Of a stretch of 64,000 nucleotides of DNA, positions 23,051 to 34,272 are shown in pieces. Both the position numbers and the translations under genes were made by a program. Source of the stretch: Amphiscolops sp. MND2022 (taxonomy: Eukaryota); assembly GCA_964187785.1 (NCBI GenBank), contig OZ076409.1, positions 4,156,001 through 4,220,000 on the forward strand, in the 5' to 3' direction. The notes below the pieces were generated by a model. The model was not told where the DNA came from. It searched no databases and was given only the letters and a program-made list of their open reading frames with translations. Each line of letters opens with the position of its first letter. Positions within the stretch are counted from its first letter, which is position 1.

Positions 23051-26000
23051 TGGGTTATTCATTTGTAATTGGTACTTCGATATATCCAATATGTCCTGTA
23101 GGTAGTGTCGCAACATGTTTGGAGGTGTTCTGAATGTTCTGAATAATAGTTGCACAAATGTCTGGTTTTTTATCTGTAAATTCTTCAATAAAATTAAAAT
23201 TTGTACGAAACTTGGTGGCAAAATAAGTATGTGGTATTGTAGGAAAGAAGTGGTTTTGTGGTGTAGTTGAAAATGGAGGTTGTAAAAATTTTTAATTGGA
23301 AAGTGTGCAATTTTAGAGGATTTGGGTTTTAAACGTATTTGAGTTTTGGAATTGATCCTGTAGATGTACGAAAAGTATGGGTAGTCTTTTGATAGGAGTG
23401 TTGTGAGTTTTGGATAATTGGGATGTATTTTTGATTGGTCTTTAAATTCTAAAGTAAATACTTGTATGTTTATATTTTGTATATTGTCTTCAAAGAAAGG
23501 TGTACCAAGGATGTTGTGTTTAATATCAGCTACTGCAAAAGGTACTGAAAATGAACGAGAGTTATCATCAATTGTAGTGTTTAAAATGATGCTTGCATAA
23601 TGTAATATAGGAACTTCAGTTTGATTTGCAACAGTTAAAGTTTTTGAAGTGTGCTGTGGTTTAATGTCAGAAGTATGATTTGGTCTGATATCTAAGAGTT
23701 TTGTAAGCGTAATATATGTCGGATAGTTTAGAACAGAGATTGAAGCACCACTGTCTAAAAGGAATGCAATTTCGAGTCTGGAAGGGTTATCGCTTTGTAC
23801 TATACTTGATGGTGTATGCTCATATAGAGTATAAAACCAGCTTGTAAGTGTGACAGCATTTGCCATTGCTGTTGGATGGTACATGTGTACTTCAAAATTT
23901 ATTGGTTCAGAGGGGTCTTGTGATTGTACCATGTTGAGTTTGTTTCTAGAATTGGAATGTGAACGGGATCTAGAAAATCTACAATCTCTTGGTCTGGAAG
24001 GTGGTCTGTAAGAATTTGTAAATTTTGAAAAATTGTTTTCTCTTGAATAAGAGCGTGATTTATATCTCGGGCGAGAGTTATGTCTATAAGGAGATCTATA
24101 TGAAGATCTATATGGAGAGCGATAAGATCGTGAATCGCGTTTGTAAGTATCATATCGTGAACTAGAATATTGTGGAGGAGTAGTATTTTTATCATAACTA
24201 AATCTACCTCTAGATGTAGAACGGTATCGGTTTTGTGAATAGTCTTTGTTGTACGAATTGTTGCGTGAAGTACTTCGACTTCTGTATCGGGTATCATAGC
24301 GTTTTGTTCTGTCATTAGAAGGGGAGCGAAAGTACTGTACAAATGATTTTTGTGGAGATTTTGAGCGAGCACACGCATCTCGTTTGTCTTCATCATCTCG
24401 TTGTTTTTTGAAGCAAACAGATATGGAGTGATTTGTTCTGTGACAGTAAGAACAATATTTTTTATATGCAGGTTTGGTTTTGTTATTTGGGTCTTTAGAT
24501 TGAGTAAACAAGTTGTTCTTGTGATGAAGGTTCAAGAGTTTGAGTGTTTAATTGTTTTGTAATGTTATTGATTTCGAGTGCAAGATCATGTGTTCTAATT
24601 TTGTCATTTGGAATATCATCGGCGTCAACAAGTTTTACTAATGTATGAAAAGGGATAGAAGGTTCTAAAACAGTAGAAGTGTGTTTTACTTGTCTTTTAT
24701 TTGCAAAATCTTTAAGGTTTTTGGGAAGTCCGTTTGTAAAAACTTCATTGCATTTAAAGTTTATAGTAGATTCATTCTCGTTGCACCAGCCTTTTTCAAC
24801 CAGCTGTTGAACTTTGAGTGCAAAGTGGCGTACTGTCTCGTTATCCTTTTTGATAAATTAAGAGCTTCAACTTGAGCATAATAGGCGTTCGTTTGAGAAG
24901 AGAATTGTTTTTTGAAAGCTTGTACAAAAGCGTGCCAATCTTGTTTATAGGTGTCATTAAGACGAATGTACCAAATGAGAGCTCTACCTGTTAAGGAACA
25001 TTGGATAAAAGCCAATCGACAAGCGTGCCAAAAATTATATTCATGTGCTGAAGTGGGTTGTAAACCTAGGAAAATGTAACACGTACCTCAATATGTTGTA
25101 AATATTCTTCAGGTGTATAATTATGGTCTAAACCATCAAAAGGTTTAATATGTTCGGATATTGATGTAGAAGAATTGATGTATGTTGGTTGTGGAGTAGT
25201 ATTTTGAGTAATTGTAGATGGTTGTACTGTATTATAGGTAGGAACGTTTGAAATATTTGTGAAGGAAGTGGTTGATGTGTTGTGAAAGTAGGGATTAGTT
25301 CTAATAAATGTTGAAGGAGGATTTATTTGGTATTTGAAATTGTGAATTTTGTAATGTAGGAGGAAGTGTATTAGAAGTTTGTGAAGGAGGGGAAGTATTA
25401 TTCAGTGAATTTATTGTATTATTATTGGTTATAGATGGTTGTGGATGATTTGAGTTTGTGCTTGTAAGACTGTAGGATAAAGGATTAGTTAATATTGGTT
25501 GTAATGGAGGTCTAGAAAGGTTTCTAGCAGTTGTATAATTGAAAGATGGGTTTGAGTGTATAGTGTTAATGTTTAAACCGGTTTGGGCATTTTGTATTGG
25601 ATTATTTTGAGCTGGAGTGTACGTTGAAGTTTGTATTTGAGGAGACGAAGGTGGAGTTGGTGTTTGAAAATGGACTGTATGTGTGTGTTGAGTATTAGAA
25701 GAACCTGGTTGTGGAGAATCATGGGTATTGTTGGAAGTTGCAAATTGTGATGGAAGAAAAGGTGGATCATAGTTTTGGCGGGGAGATGCTAGTGTTTGAG
25801 ATTGTTGTGTAATATTAGTATGGGATGTAGATAAAACAGAGTTGTTATCCTGGGTTGTGTTTGAAGTGGTATCTTGATGTTGGTTATTAGTTTCTTCTGG
25901 TGTAATATTATGGGTAGGAATTTGTAGAAGGTTTGAGTCATTAGTTATCGTAAGGCTTTGTGGATTTTGTGGGTTTTGTTCAATTTGTTCAGTTTCATCA

Positions 26001-27061
26001 GAGAGTTCTGAAGTATTTTGAATTGTAGCAGTTTCAGAGGGATTTATTTGTTGTAAATCAGGAATTTGTGATATTTGTGGGTAGAGTGGGTATAATTGAG
26101 GAGTTTCTGAGGTTTGAAAAAGGTTGATAATGTCATCTTGTTCTTGTGGTAATGTATTTTGTCTACTAAATTGAGGTAAAACATTTGGTGTTTGTTCTTC
26201 TGAAGATGTTTCATGGGAAATGTTAGTTGTAACATAAGGTCTAATGTCTGATGTTTCTGAATAGTCGGTTATAAAATTGTGATCTGGATTTATTTGGTCA
26301 AAATGTTGAATGTTAAATGAGGTAGGATTTCTGTATTGTAAATGTTATGTTCGTTTTTAATGATGTACGGCAAGAGTTCTGTTGGTTCTAGTATGTGAGG
26401 AAAATTAGTGTAGGCTTGTTGATCTTGTTGTTCCCAAAGTAGTTGATAGTTATATCTGAAGAATTTTAGTAAGAAATGAGTGAAAACTCTAATTTGAGGA
26501 ATAGTTTTGTCTGTAAGGATGATATTGTTAAACAATCTGTATTGAAAGTTTTTTACTTGTACTATATCTTGTTGTAGCCAATAATGAGGGTTATCATGTC
26601 TTTGAATTTTAGTTTCAAGATCTGGGACATCGAAATTTTCAGATTTGTGTTTCAAATCTTCTAAGTGAGAAGGAAGATCAAAGGGTGTTTCTTGATTTTC
26701 GTTAAATTCAATGAGTTTTTGCATATAAGTATTGAAAACATCTTGGATAGAAAGGGTAATATTTTGTGGATGAATTGTTCTGTAATATGTTCCAGTATTT
26801 ATTCCCTCAACTGGGTTGAAAATGATTTGGAAAAGGTATTGTGATGATGTTATTTCAAGTGTTTTATATCGAATGTAATATTGATAAGAGTCACAGTGTT
26901 CTCTTGCTAGTGGAATAGTATGTATTGTATGAGGTTCTGTTTCAAATGGAAGTGGGTTTGTGTACTGAAAGATGATGTTGTTCAAAAAATGGTATTACAT
27001 CTTGTGTAAGAGATCGATTTTGACTTTTATCTGTAGATAGGGAAAATGGGGTAGGAAGCAT
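23051..27061 (-). pseudogene. gag: gag-protease of element B, frameshifted
   Basis: MLPTPF start at 27061; MAFIQCSLTG capsid segment; CSYCHRTNHSISVC; RS tract; LLDSGAS. Confidence 0.9.
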
Positions 27062-27076
27062 TATATGTTGTATGAA

Positions 27077-27307
27077 TTAATTAGTATAATAGGATTGCCA
27101 TAAAGGATAGATGTATTGGAAAAGAAATTTTGTATTTAATTCAGAGTTATATGGTACTATTTGGTCTACAAAAGCAACTTGTAGAAAAATTGTAAGTACT
27201 GTACAGAGAAAAAGAAGAAATGAGTTGTGTATATATTGTATCAAAGTGTAAAATGTGTAATAAATACTAAGTAGTCCAAAAAGAGGGAGTACTAAATTTG
27301 TTAACAT
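27077..27307 (-). CDS. uORF2 of element B, 76 aa hydrophobic
   Basis: Counterpart of 12674-12907. Confidence 0.7.
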   Translation of the reverse strand: MLTNLVLPLFGLLSIYYTFYTLIQYIHNSFLLFLCTVLTIFLQVAFVDQIVPYNSELNTKFLFQYIYPLWQSYYTN

Positions 27308-27326
27308 AGAAGGAGAGAGTTATACA

Positions 27327-27449
27327 TTAGAATTTTGGTATAAAATGTATTAAAAACAGGTCAAGAAAAAGTGCAATACCGGCAACGAATGCAACAAAGA
27401 ACCAAAAACAAACAATTAGTTTAACAACAATGTCTACTGAAGACGGCAT
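27327..27449 (-). CDS. uORF1 of element B, 40 aa hydrophobic
   Basis: MPSSVDIVVKLIVCFWFFVAFVAGIALFLDLFLIHFIPKF*. Confidence 0.7.
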   Translation of the reverse strand: MPSSVDIVVKLIVCFWFFVAFVAGIALFLDLFLIHFIPKF

Positions 27450-27575
27450 GTACAATAAAGTTGTACAAAATGTTAGATAGAAAGGTGTGATAGACCAAGG
27501 GTTATATACTTTGTTATATAGTGGTTAATTGTTTTATATATGGATGTTATATAGTGGTTAATTGGTATATATTTG

Positions 27576-27595
27576 GATCCTCACTGGTCGCACCA
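27576..27595 (-). promoter_or_regulatory. Primer-binding site of element B
   Basis: TGGTGCGACCAGTGAGGATC is complementary to a tRNA-like 3' end (GATC CTCAC TGGTCGC A CCA); isoacceptor not certain. Confidence 0.85.
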
Positions 27596-27597
27596 AT

Positions 27598-28009
27598 TGA
27601 GCTGTTAAAAGGCGTTGTGATGTTTAGTTTTGGATCTTTTAAGGATGACATAAGAAGTATGGACTTTTAACAGCTGAGTCGTCTTACTTTTAAGTCTTGT
27701 AGCTAGCTAGTTCTAAGTTCAATCTATCTGAGATCTCAGTTCTTGAAGTACTAGAGAAAAGACCGATCGTCAGGATGAATTCTTATTTTCTCCAAGTAGA
27801 TATATTCTATTAACTAGGGTAGGTTTCATCAATTAACAATGTGACAGCAACAGGATGAATCTAAGAAGCTTGTTACAGGATATATTAAATGAAGTTTCTT
27901 CTAGAATAATTAGCTTTCAGATAAGATTACATTTGTTAATTATTTGGAATAAGAGTTCAGATAATTTCTGAATTATAGAATCTTTGAGGACATGCATCAT
28001 GGCATCACA
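27598..28009 (-). repeat. 5' LTR of element B, 412 bp
   Basis: TG..CA termini, followed by the PBS; homologous to 13790-14202. Confidence 0.93.
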
Positions 28010-28051
28010 GTAGCCAATAATTCTATCTTTTTTAGACTTGTGCTAACCAAT

Positions 28052-28536
28052 AACAAGCCGGGAACAACCCCACTCGGCGTCATTTCTAAAGCTCAAAAAT
28101 AGCAAAAGGACTTCAATGTGTCAAGTATTCTCTTCTACAGTACCTGCGTGAGGAAAAAATTGAAAAAAATCGTAAAAGGGGTCCTTTGGGGGTTTTTGAA
28201 CATACATTCTTTTGCAAAATAGAAAAAAAATGAAGGGGGTCCCTTTGGAGACATTTAAAAAATTTGCGAAAAAAGTCTCACCAAGCCGAAAAAAACCTGC
28301 ACAAAAAAACTTGGTCATGGGTGGGACTCGAACCCACGTCCTTCTGTTTGGCAGACATCAAAAACTATCCTAATTAACCTCTATGCTAAGTGGCAGTAGA
28401 TGTTACAAGTGTGGCAGTTAGTGGACGCAGCTTCTAAAGCTTATGAAATCTGTCACTTCGTTGGTCTTAAAAAGAAGAAAAAAAAGAAAAGTCATTGCTA
28501 TAGTCTGTGTTTTCTACGAAAAGTGCCGACTAAAAA
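28052..28536. repeat. Probable non-autonomous interspersed repeat containing a tRNA-derived fragment
   Basis: Minus-strand 28312-28357 has a T-arm/B-box (GTGGG TTCGAGT CCCAC) ending in ACCA but no tRNA 5' half; terminal imperfect hairpin tagtc...gacta. Confidence 0.45.
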
Positions 28537-28815
28537 TGGAATCTCTTGTTAAACTTAATGTTCATCCAGTTGTTAGTTGCATACCCCTCAGAAGATAAGA
28601 TGACTCAATCCCATCCAAGTTGTTCTTTGAGTAGACCTGAAGCTCTCTCTGTTAGATGTCTTTTGAAGCACTTCCTCTCCAACGCTATTACCATGTTTTG
28701 TCAGATACTAACCACCTACTTGATATTACATATACTTTACAATCGATTCACTCGTGAAAATTGCAAGATTTTTCTGTTTTTTGTCACCTAGTCATCAATG
28801 TGAACCGTGATTAAC

Positions 28816-29100
28816 CTGTGATATCCTCACGAAAGCTGGTCGTTTGGCGGAAATATTGAATTCGGATTTTCTCAACGAGTGCGTTAGCAATTGTTATTCG
28901 CAAAGTGTATCCATCGCTAAGCGAAAGCGAATGGCCAGTTGAAGTGACTTCACCCTGCTGGGGCGAATCTAGAGAAGCTGCTGAAAGTATATCTGGTGGA
29001 GGATAGGTTTGACCATCGTGAAGCCCCGCTAGATCAGACGCAGAAATGGAATGACCGTCAATTGTGATCCGTTTTATATGCACTTCTTGAATTGCAGTGG
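28816..29100 (-). CDS. Candidate host exon, 95 codons, phase 1-1
   Basis: Acceptor ttttgtttcag, donor g|gttaat, 285 nt open frame. Confidence 0.3.
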
Positions 29101-32100
29101 CTGAAACAAAATTGTTGACATCATTGATGGAATAAAAAGAAGCTATATAACGACACAGTTTTTGGGAGCCTTATATAATTACCAAGTGTACTCCCGTATA
29201 TGCACACTCAAGTATGATACTTTGATTTTACGAACTTCGTTTTTTCGCGAAACTCATTTTCTATTCGAGAAAGGCCGAGGCGCTGTGACAATGCTGAGAA
29301 GGTTGAAAAAACTTCCAAAGGTTATGGAAGGTAAAGTGCTTCAGCCTAAAAAGTGGCAAGATCCCGAAATAAAAGCAAACCGGAAATGAATCATGAAAAC
29401 TATGCATATCAAGTTGTATAATTCATGTGTATAATAAACATTCCCTGCGTATAATAAAACGGTAGTAGTCCCCCTTCAACGTTCCAAAAGAGGAAAGAGA
29501 TACCCATAAGACTCGAAATTCTCATTTATCCTAGCTCGAAGCATCAAAAAATAAATTCAGAAAAACTCAATATTTCTTGGAAAAACCTTGGAAATATTTC
29601 TATTCCGAAAAACCAAAATTGCAAAACGGTTATTCCAAGCCAAAAACTTTCTCAAACGTCAAGGTGATTAAACATTTGATTAAATGATGAACCCTTTGAT
29701 TAAATGTCTTTATTCCGAAATCCGCGCAGTGATGGAAAAACCGAAGGTTGCGAAAAACATTGACGGAGAACTACGAAAAACCAAAGAATGTATGACAGAA
29801 ACTTTTCGAAAAGTTTTATGGAATTTTGTTCCATTTTTTTCAAACAGTTTTTGTAATTTCAATTGCGCCAAAAAACCTCTAAAATCGCATTACACTGTTT
29901 CTGTTTAAAATCAAGGTGTATCAAAATGTTCGGAAAAAAATTGCATAGTGACCAACTACCCAAAGAGGGGGCTCTTTGGACTCCTCCTATTTTTTTTGCG
30001 TTCATTAAAATTGTTTTGATTCAGTACTCCTCGTGCTTCTCAAATATCGTCTCTAAAAAATCCCAGTTGTCAATTAGACCAGATGGCAGTGAAAGTACAT
30101 GAACTGCCGACCAAAAGGACATCAACTGAGTGAAATTTCGGAATGACATCACTCAAACCAACAGCTTCTAATTACTAATTTGAGCGAGTCGCCTGTTTTG
30201 GATCTTGCAAGCTAGCTTTTTGTAGTTTGAACCATTATTATTATATATACAACAATATGAAACTGGGAGTTTGAACTTACTTATAGACACATATTTTTGA
30301 AAAAAGCGGATGAAAAAACGAGCAAAAGATAATTTGTTCCATTTAGAACCACAGATAGAAGATTGTCTTTTATTTTTACTATGCGAAAGAGATTATGCAC
30401 TATTCTCAGCTGCAAATAAGAGAAACAGCAGTCCTGACACACCTAGAGTTACCTTCTCTCAGAGTAGAAACCTACAGTGTCCCACAAAGAAGACGTGAGA
30501 CACTCATGGCGGGAATGGAACAAGCTGTAGTTCGTTTCGTCTCTAAGAGAGTATTGCAGACTGTCGCCTGTGATTGCAAGTACAACCAGATATCTCCTGA
30601 CAGAAATAATTCAGTACCGTCCACCGCAGTTCTCCCCATTTGGAAGATCGAAACCTTGAGTCCACGCCGAACTACAAAACTAATATAATTTAGTTGCTTT
30701 GTTGTCTCGTATATTTCAACATTTAGGTAATCAATGAAAAACACCATGATGTAAGTGTCCTGAAGTATATTCACAGAAACAGGTTCTGTAGTTCCGTTAT
30801 TAACTCCGTTAAATCAAAATACTCCTTGCTTTTCTTGGATCTTATTTAGGTACAACGTGATGTTCCAACTTGATATAAACTATGATGACGTCAAAGGTAA
30901 TCTTTTAATTAGGGAATTCTGTTTTTAGGTGCCAATTTTGATAACATGACACTCATTTTTCTAAGTGTCATGGCCATTGAGTGTCTTACAGGCTGATTCA
31001 TGGCCCCTCCGAGACGCACCAACAGGAAATCTAACACAAGAAATTGATCTAAACAGTTTGAATCCGCGAACCTAGCCTCCCACACGTGAGCTTTGCATAG
31101 AGCTGGAGTATATTTCACAACACGCAAAGGTTCTGGACTATACTGCGATTCACTCCACTCAGAGAAGACGTTGAATAGCGTGAACGAACAACCGTGGAGA
31201 GCCACAGCAGACTGCCCGGCAAGCAACAGCGCTAACACACGTGATGAACAAGTCAACTCGGCATCTTGACAAGAGCACCTACAAGACGATGACTTCTCGA
31301 ACAGTGTCAGTAACGAGGCAACGAGCAGTACAGTGCTAACCATCCGAGCCCCCCTGCAAAATGACGCTGTAGTTGACATCCTCACAGCAAGTTTTGACAC
31401 TCTGCAAAGTCCGCGGATACAGAGTTTAATAAAATACAACTGAAGACTCTGTCTTGCTCCAGGTGGCTGGAGCATAGTTGGATTCGACTGAAATTGTGTT
31501 CCGGAAATGGTTCCACGAGCGCCACAGCAAACTATGAGAGCGCACACTACGCTGCAGTTCCAATAGACCACCATCAGAGTGCAGAACGGCACGTTCGAGC
31601 AAACACTCATAAGAACGTCCACCTCGTCTTCAAAGAAAGGTTCTCTTTCCCAAAGTAACAGAAGTTTGTTCGTTCTCCGCACGAAGCTCTTCAGGAGAAG
31701 CGGCAACTTCCATCGGGTCAAACCGCTAGGTTTACACGTGGTCCAATCAGTAACGGCGATCCTTACTCAAATGTGTTTCACTGTTGAAATGCCACCAGAT
31801 TTCATCTTCCCCCGACTCAAACACGAGATGCCCGAGAGTTGTGAATCCGAACGCAGCTGCTCCCAGAAGTGCGCGCAGGATCATCCGACGCCAAGACATC
31901 AACAAAATGGTCCTTCAGAGCATCATCAGCATCATCGCTCGAACTCTGCCCCAAATCTTTGTACACATTCCCAAAGCCTGCACAGGGGGAAATAGCGAAA
32001 CAAAAATACAATCAAACCTGGTAATCACCCACCTCACAACAGACCATCAACAGGAATTGATTACCTACCAGTCTCTTCACGGAAATCTCCAGGGGATTCC

Positions 32101-33436
32101 TCCCCTCTTTCTTCTACGCCTAGGATTGGATGAGATGGTCGGGAACGCTTAGTAGGGCACTACAGCTGGGAAGACCGCATACGCTTGCTACGACGAATCC
32201 CAAAACTTTCACACGTAGTCCTTGGCACGAAGTCTGCATTGTTCGAATCATCACTGGCACCTAAAAGTGATAAGCAGGTGGATGAAATCACGGTTTGAAA
32301 GCTGGCAGCACGTTTGTTAACTGAGAAACTCACCTTGTCAATAACACAAGTAATCGAGGTCGTGTCTGGCATCGCTAACAGAGCAGTGGATTGAAACGAT
32401 GTCTCCAAACGATCTTCATCATCCTCTTTGACTTCACCGAAACTGGCAACGTGACGTGTAGAAGGATGCACTGCTCCGTATGTCTGCCCCTCAACATCTG
32501 GCTTCTCCGCAATCAACAATCGAGACTTCAATTCAGCACTGACTTCTCCCACATCTCTCAAATCACCCTCATTCCTCTCACATGACTCCACTTCACTCTC
32601 GAATACTCCAATCGCTTGAGACCGCACATAGTGAGCAGTACTTTCATCTGTTGCTTCTGCAATGTGGTTTTCCACAAACAAATCATAGTGAAACAGCATC
32701 ATTCAGTAATACCAAACGTGGCGTAAAACAAAAATATACCTAATATAAGATATTATTATTATGAAGTAATGTAATCTTTTCATTCTGCCAGCTGAACGTT
32801 TTACTTCACTCACGCAAGCGGCGAGAACAGGATTAAAGGAAATATCACTTCAACAATAGGCAATTTCGAAAACAGTCGTGGATTCCTATTCATTAGAACT
32901 TACACTATTTCAATCAAGGCACAAATGATTTCAGATTTCAATTGGTCAAACGAGTGTTTTTTCTCAGACCTTCACCAAGTTAGCTACCTACACCCACCAA
33001 GGATTTTTATAAAAACAACCAAGAAGTACAACAGCCGGCAATTGAAGACCTAAATGAAGTCATCAAAGCAGAGGACGGAGATGTAGTGTTAAATCATGAG
33101 GTAACACATGAATGGTTACTGCTGACTGCACAAGAAGACGGCTCAAACAATAGAAGATTCACTACGAACAATCCCGTGATCCCCGATTATGCTTTAATGA
33201 GCCCTCCCAGGAATTACCACGACATGGCTAGCTGGTTATTTAGTCCCAATAAACCCCGGATGGGGCCACACTAGCTCACACAGAAAAGCACTCTCGCAGC
33301 GACTGGGCAACGGACTTATTGTGGTTCTCTTTTGACCAAATGGTTCAATCAATCTTCCAACAGCCTAATTCGTCCCCTGTTCATCCAGTTTCGCCGCTTT
33401 TGTCCCTTAGGGACGATTCTCAGCAAAGCTGGGGAT

Positions 33437-34272
33437 TGTCACAGCCCCCCCCAGCAAGCGTTGTTGTGGGAATAGGAGCGAAATGAGAACGCCTGAGCAC
33501 AAAACCAACCTGGAAGAGACAAGGAAAACGGCATGAAAATCCTAATCGAAAACACTCAACAAACATCATTGATCACATTTAAATAACTATATATTTATTT
33601 AAATAATAATAATATTGATACAGTGAAGTATCTAAAATATATTCTTATGGTAATATATAAATATTAGTAATGGCAGTAATTGTTTGCAGTCAACCAGCTT
33701 TTGCGTTGACAGAAAATAATCCAGTAAGCGCGTTGACTGAAGTGCTGCCTCATCCGTATCAGCTGGTGGCAACAACCCGTGCTACTTCATAATATCGCCC
33801 TATCAGAATTGAGCGCTGATGTATTCTATACAACTGAGAAGCTCTCACAGACAGCCCACCAATTGAGCCGATTTGAGTCAACTGCTCAGTCGACGATGCT
33901 GTACACTCAAATGCTTAGTAATATGTTAGCTGTACTGTAGCATGTAGTTTAATAGCCAACAGCTCAAAAATGGCCCAAATGAAGAGACTATGAACTGCGA
34001 GAATGAACATTGTTGCCGAAATGATGATGCTTGTAGTTCACAAACTTTAAATCTGAAACAACCGTCCAAAAAAAGCGCTGTAAAACTTCTTTGAGTGAAC
34101 CACCGGGACAAACTACATTTACAACATGTATGAACTCAATGATAAACATGATGTAATGTGCTATTTATAAGAGTGAAATGTGTAATTATACTGTTTTTAA
34201 TTGTACTCGTTGCATTTGACGTTATTTATGCCTACTCAGTGAAGTTTTGATTTAAATCAACCTGAGGCAACA
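33437..34272 (+). repeat. Candidate LTR remnant of another element
   Basis: gggacg...aaagctggggat|TGTCAC resembles a Gypsy PPT/LTR start; possible end GCAACA; no partner LTR in the window. Confidence 0.3.

Larger units (their letters stand above)
13790..28009 (-). mobile_element. Element B: non-autonomous member of the same family with RT/RH/IN deleted
   Basis: Bounded by two LTRs; PBS, uORFs, gag-PR, env and 3' ORFs are colinear with A; pol-env junction at ~23050. Confidence 0.93.

Noticed and set aside
590..24875. Plus-strand ORFs in elements A/B (e.g. 590-778, 3036-3299, 16703-16912) and alternative frames such as 9523-10137
   Set aside because: Shadow frames of the real minus-strand genes.
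28312..28357. tRNA gene
   Set aside because: Only the T-arm and 3' end are present; no D-arm, A-box or 5' acceptor strand.
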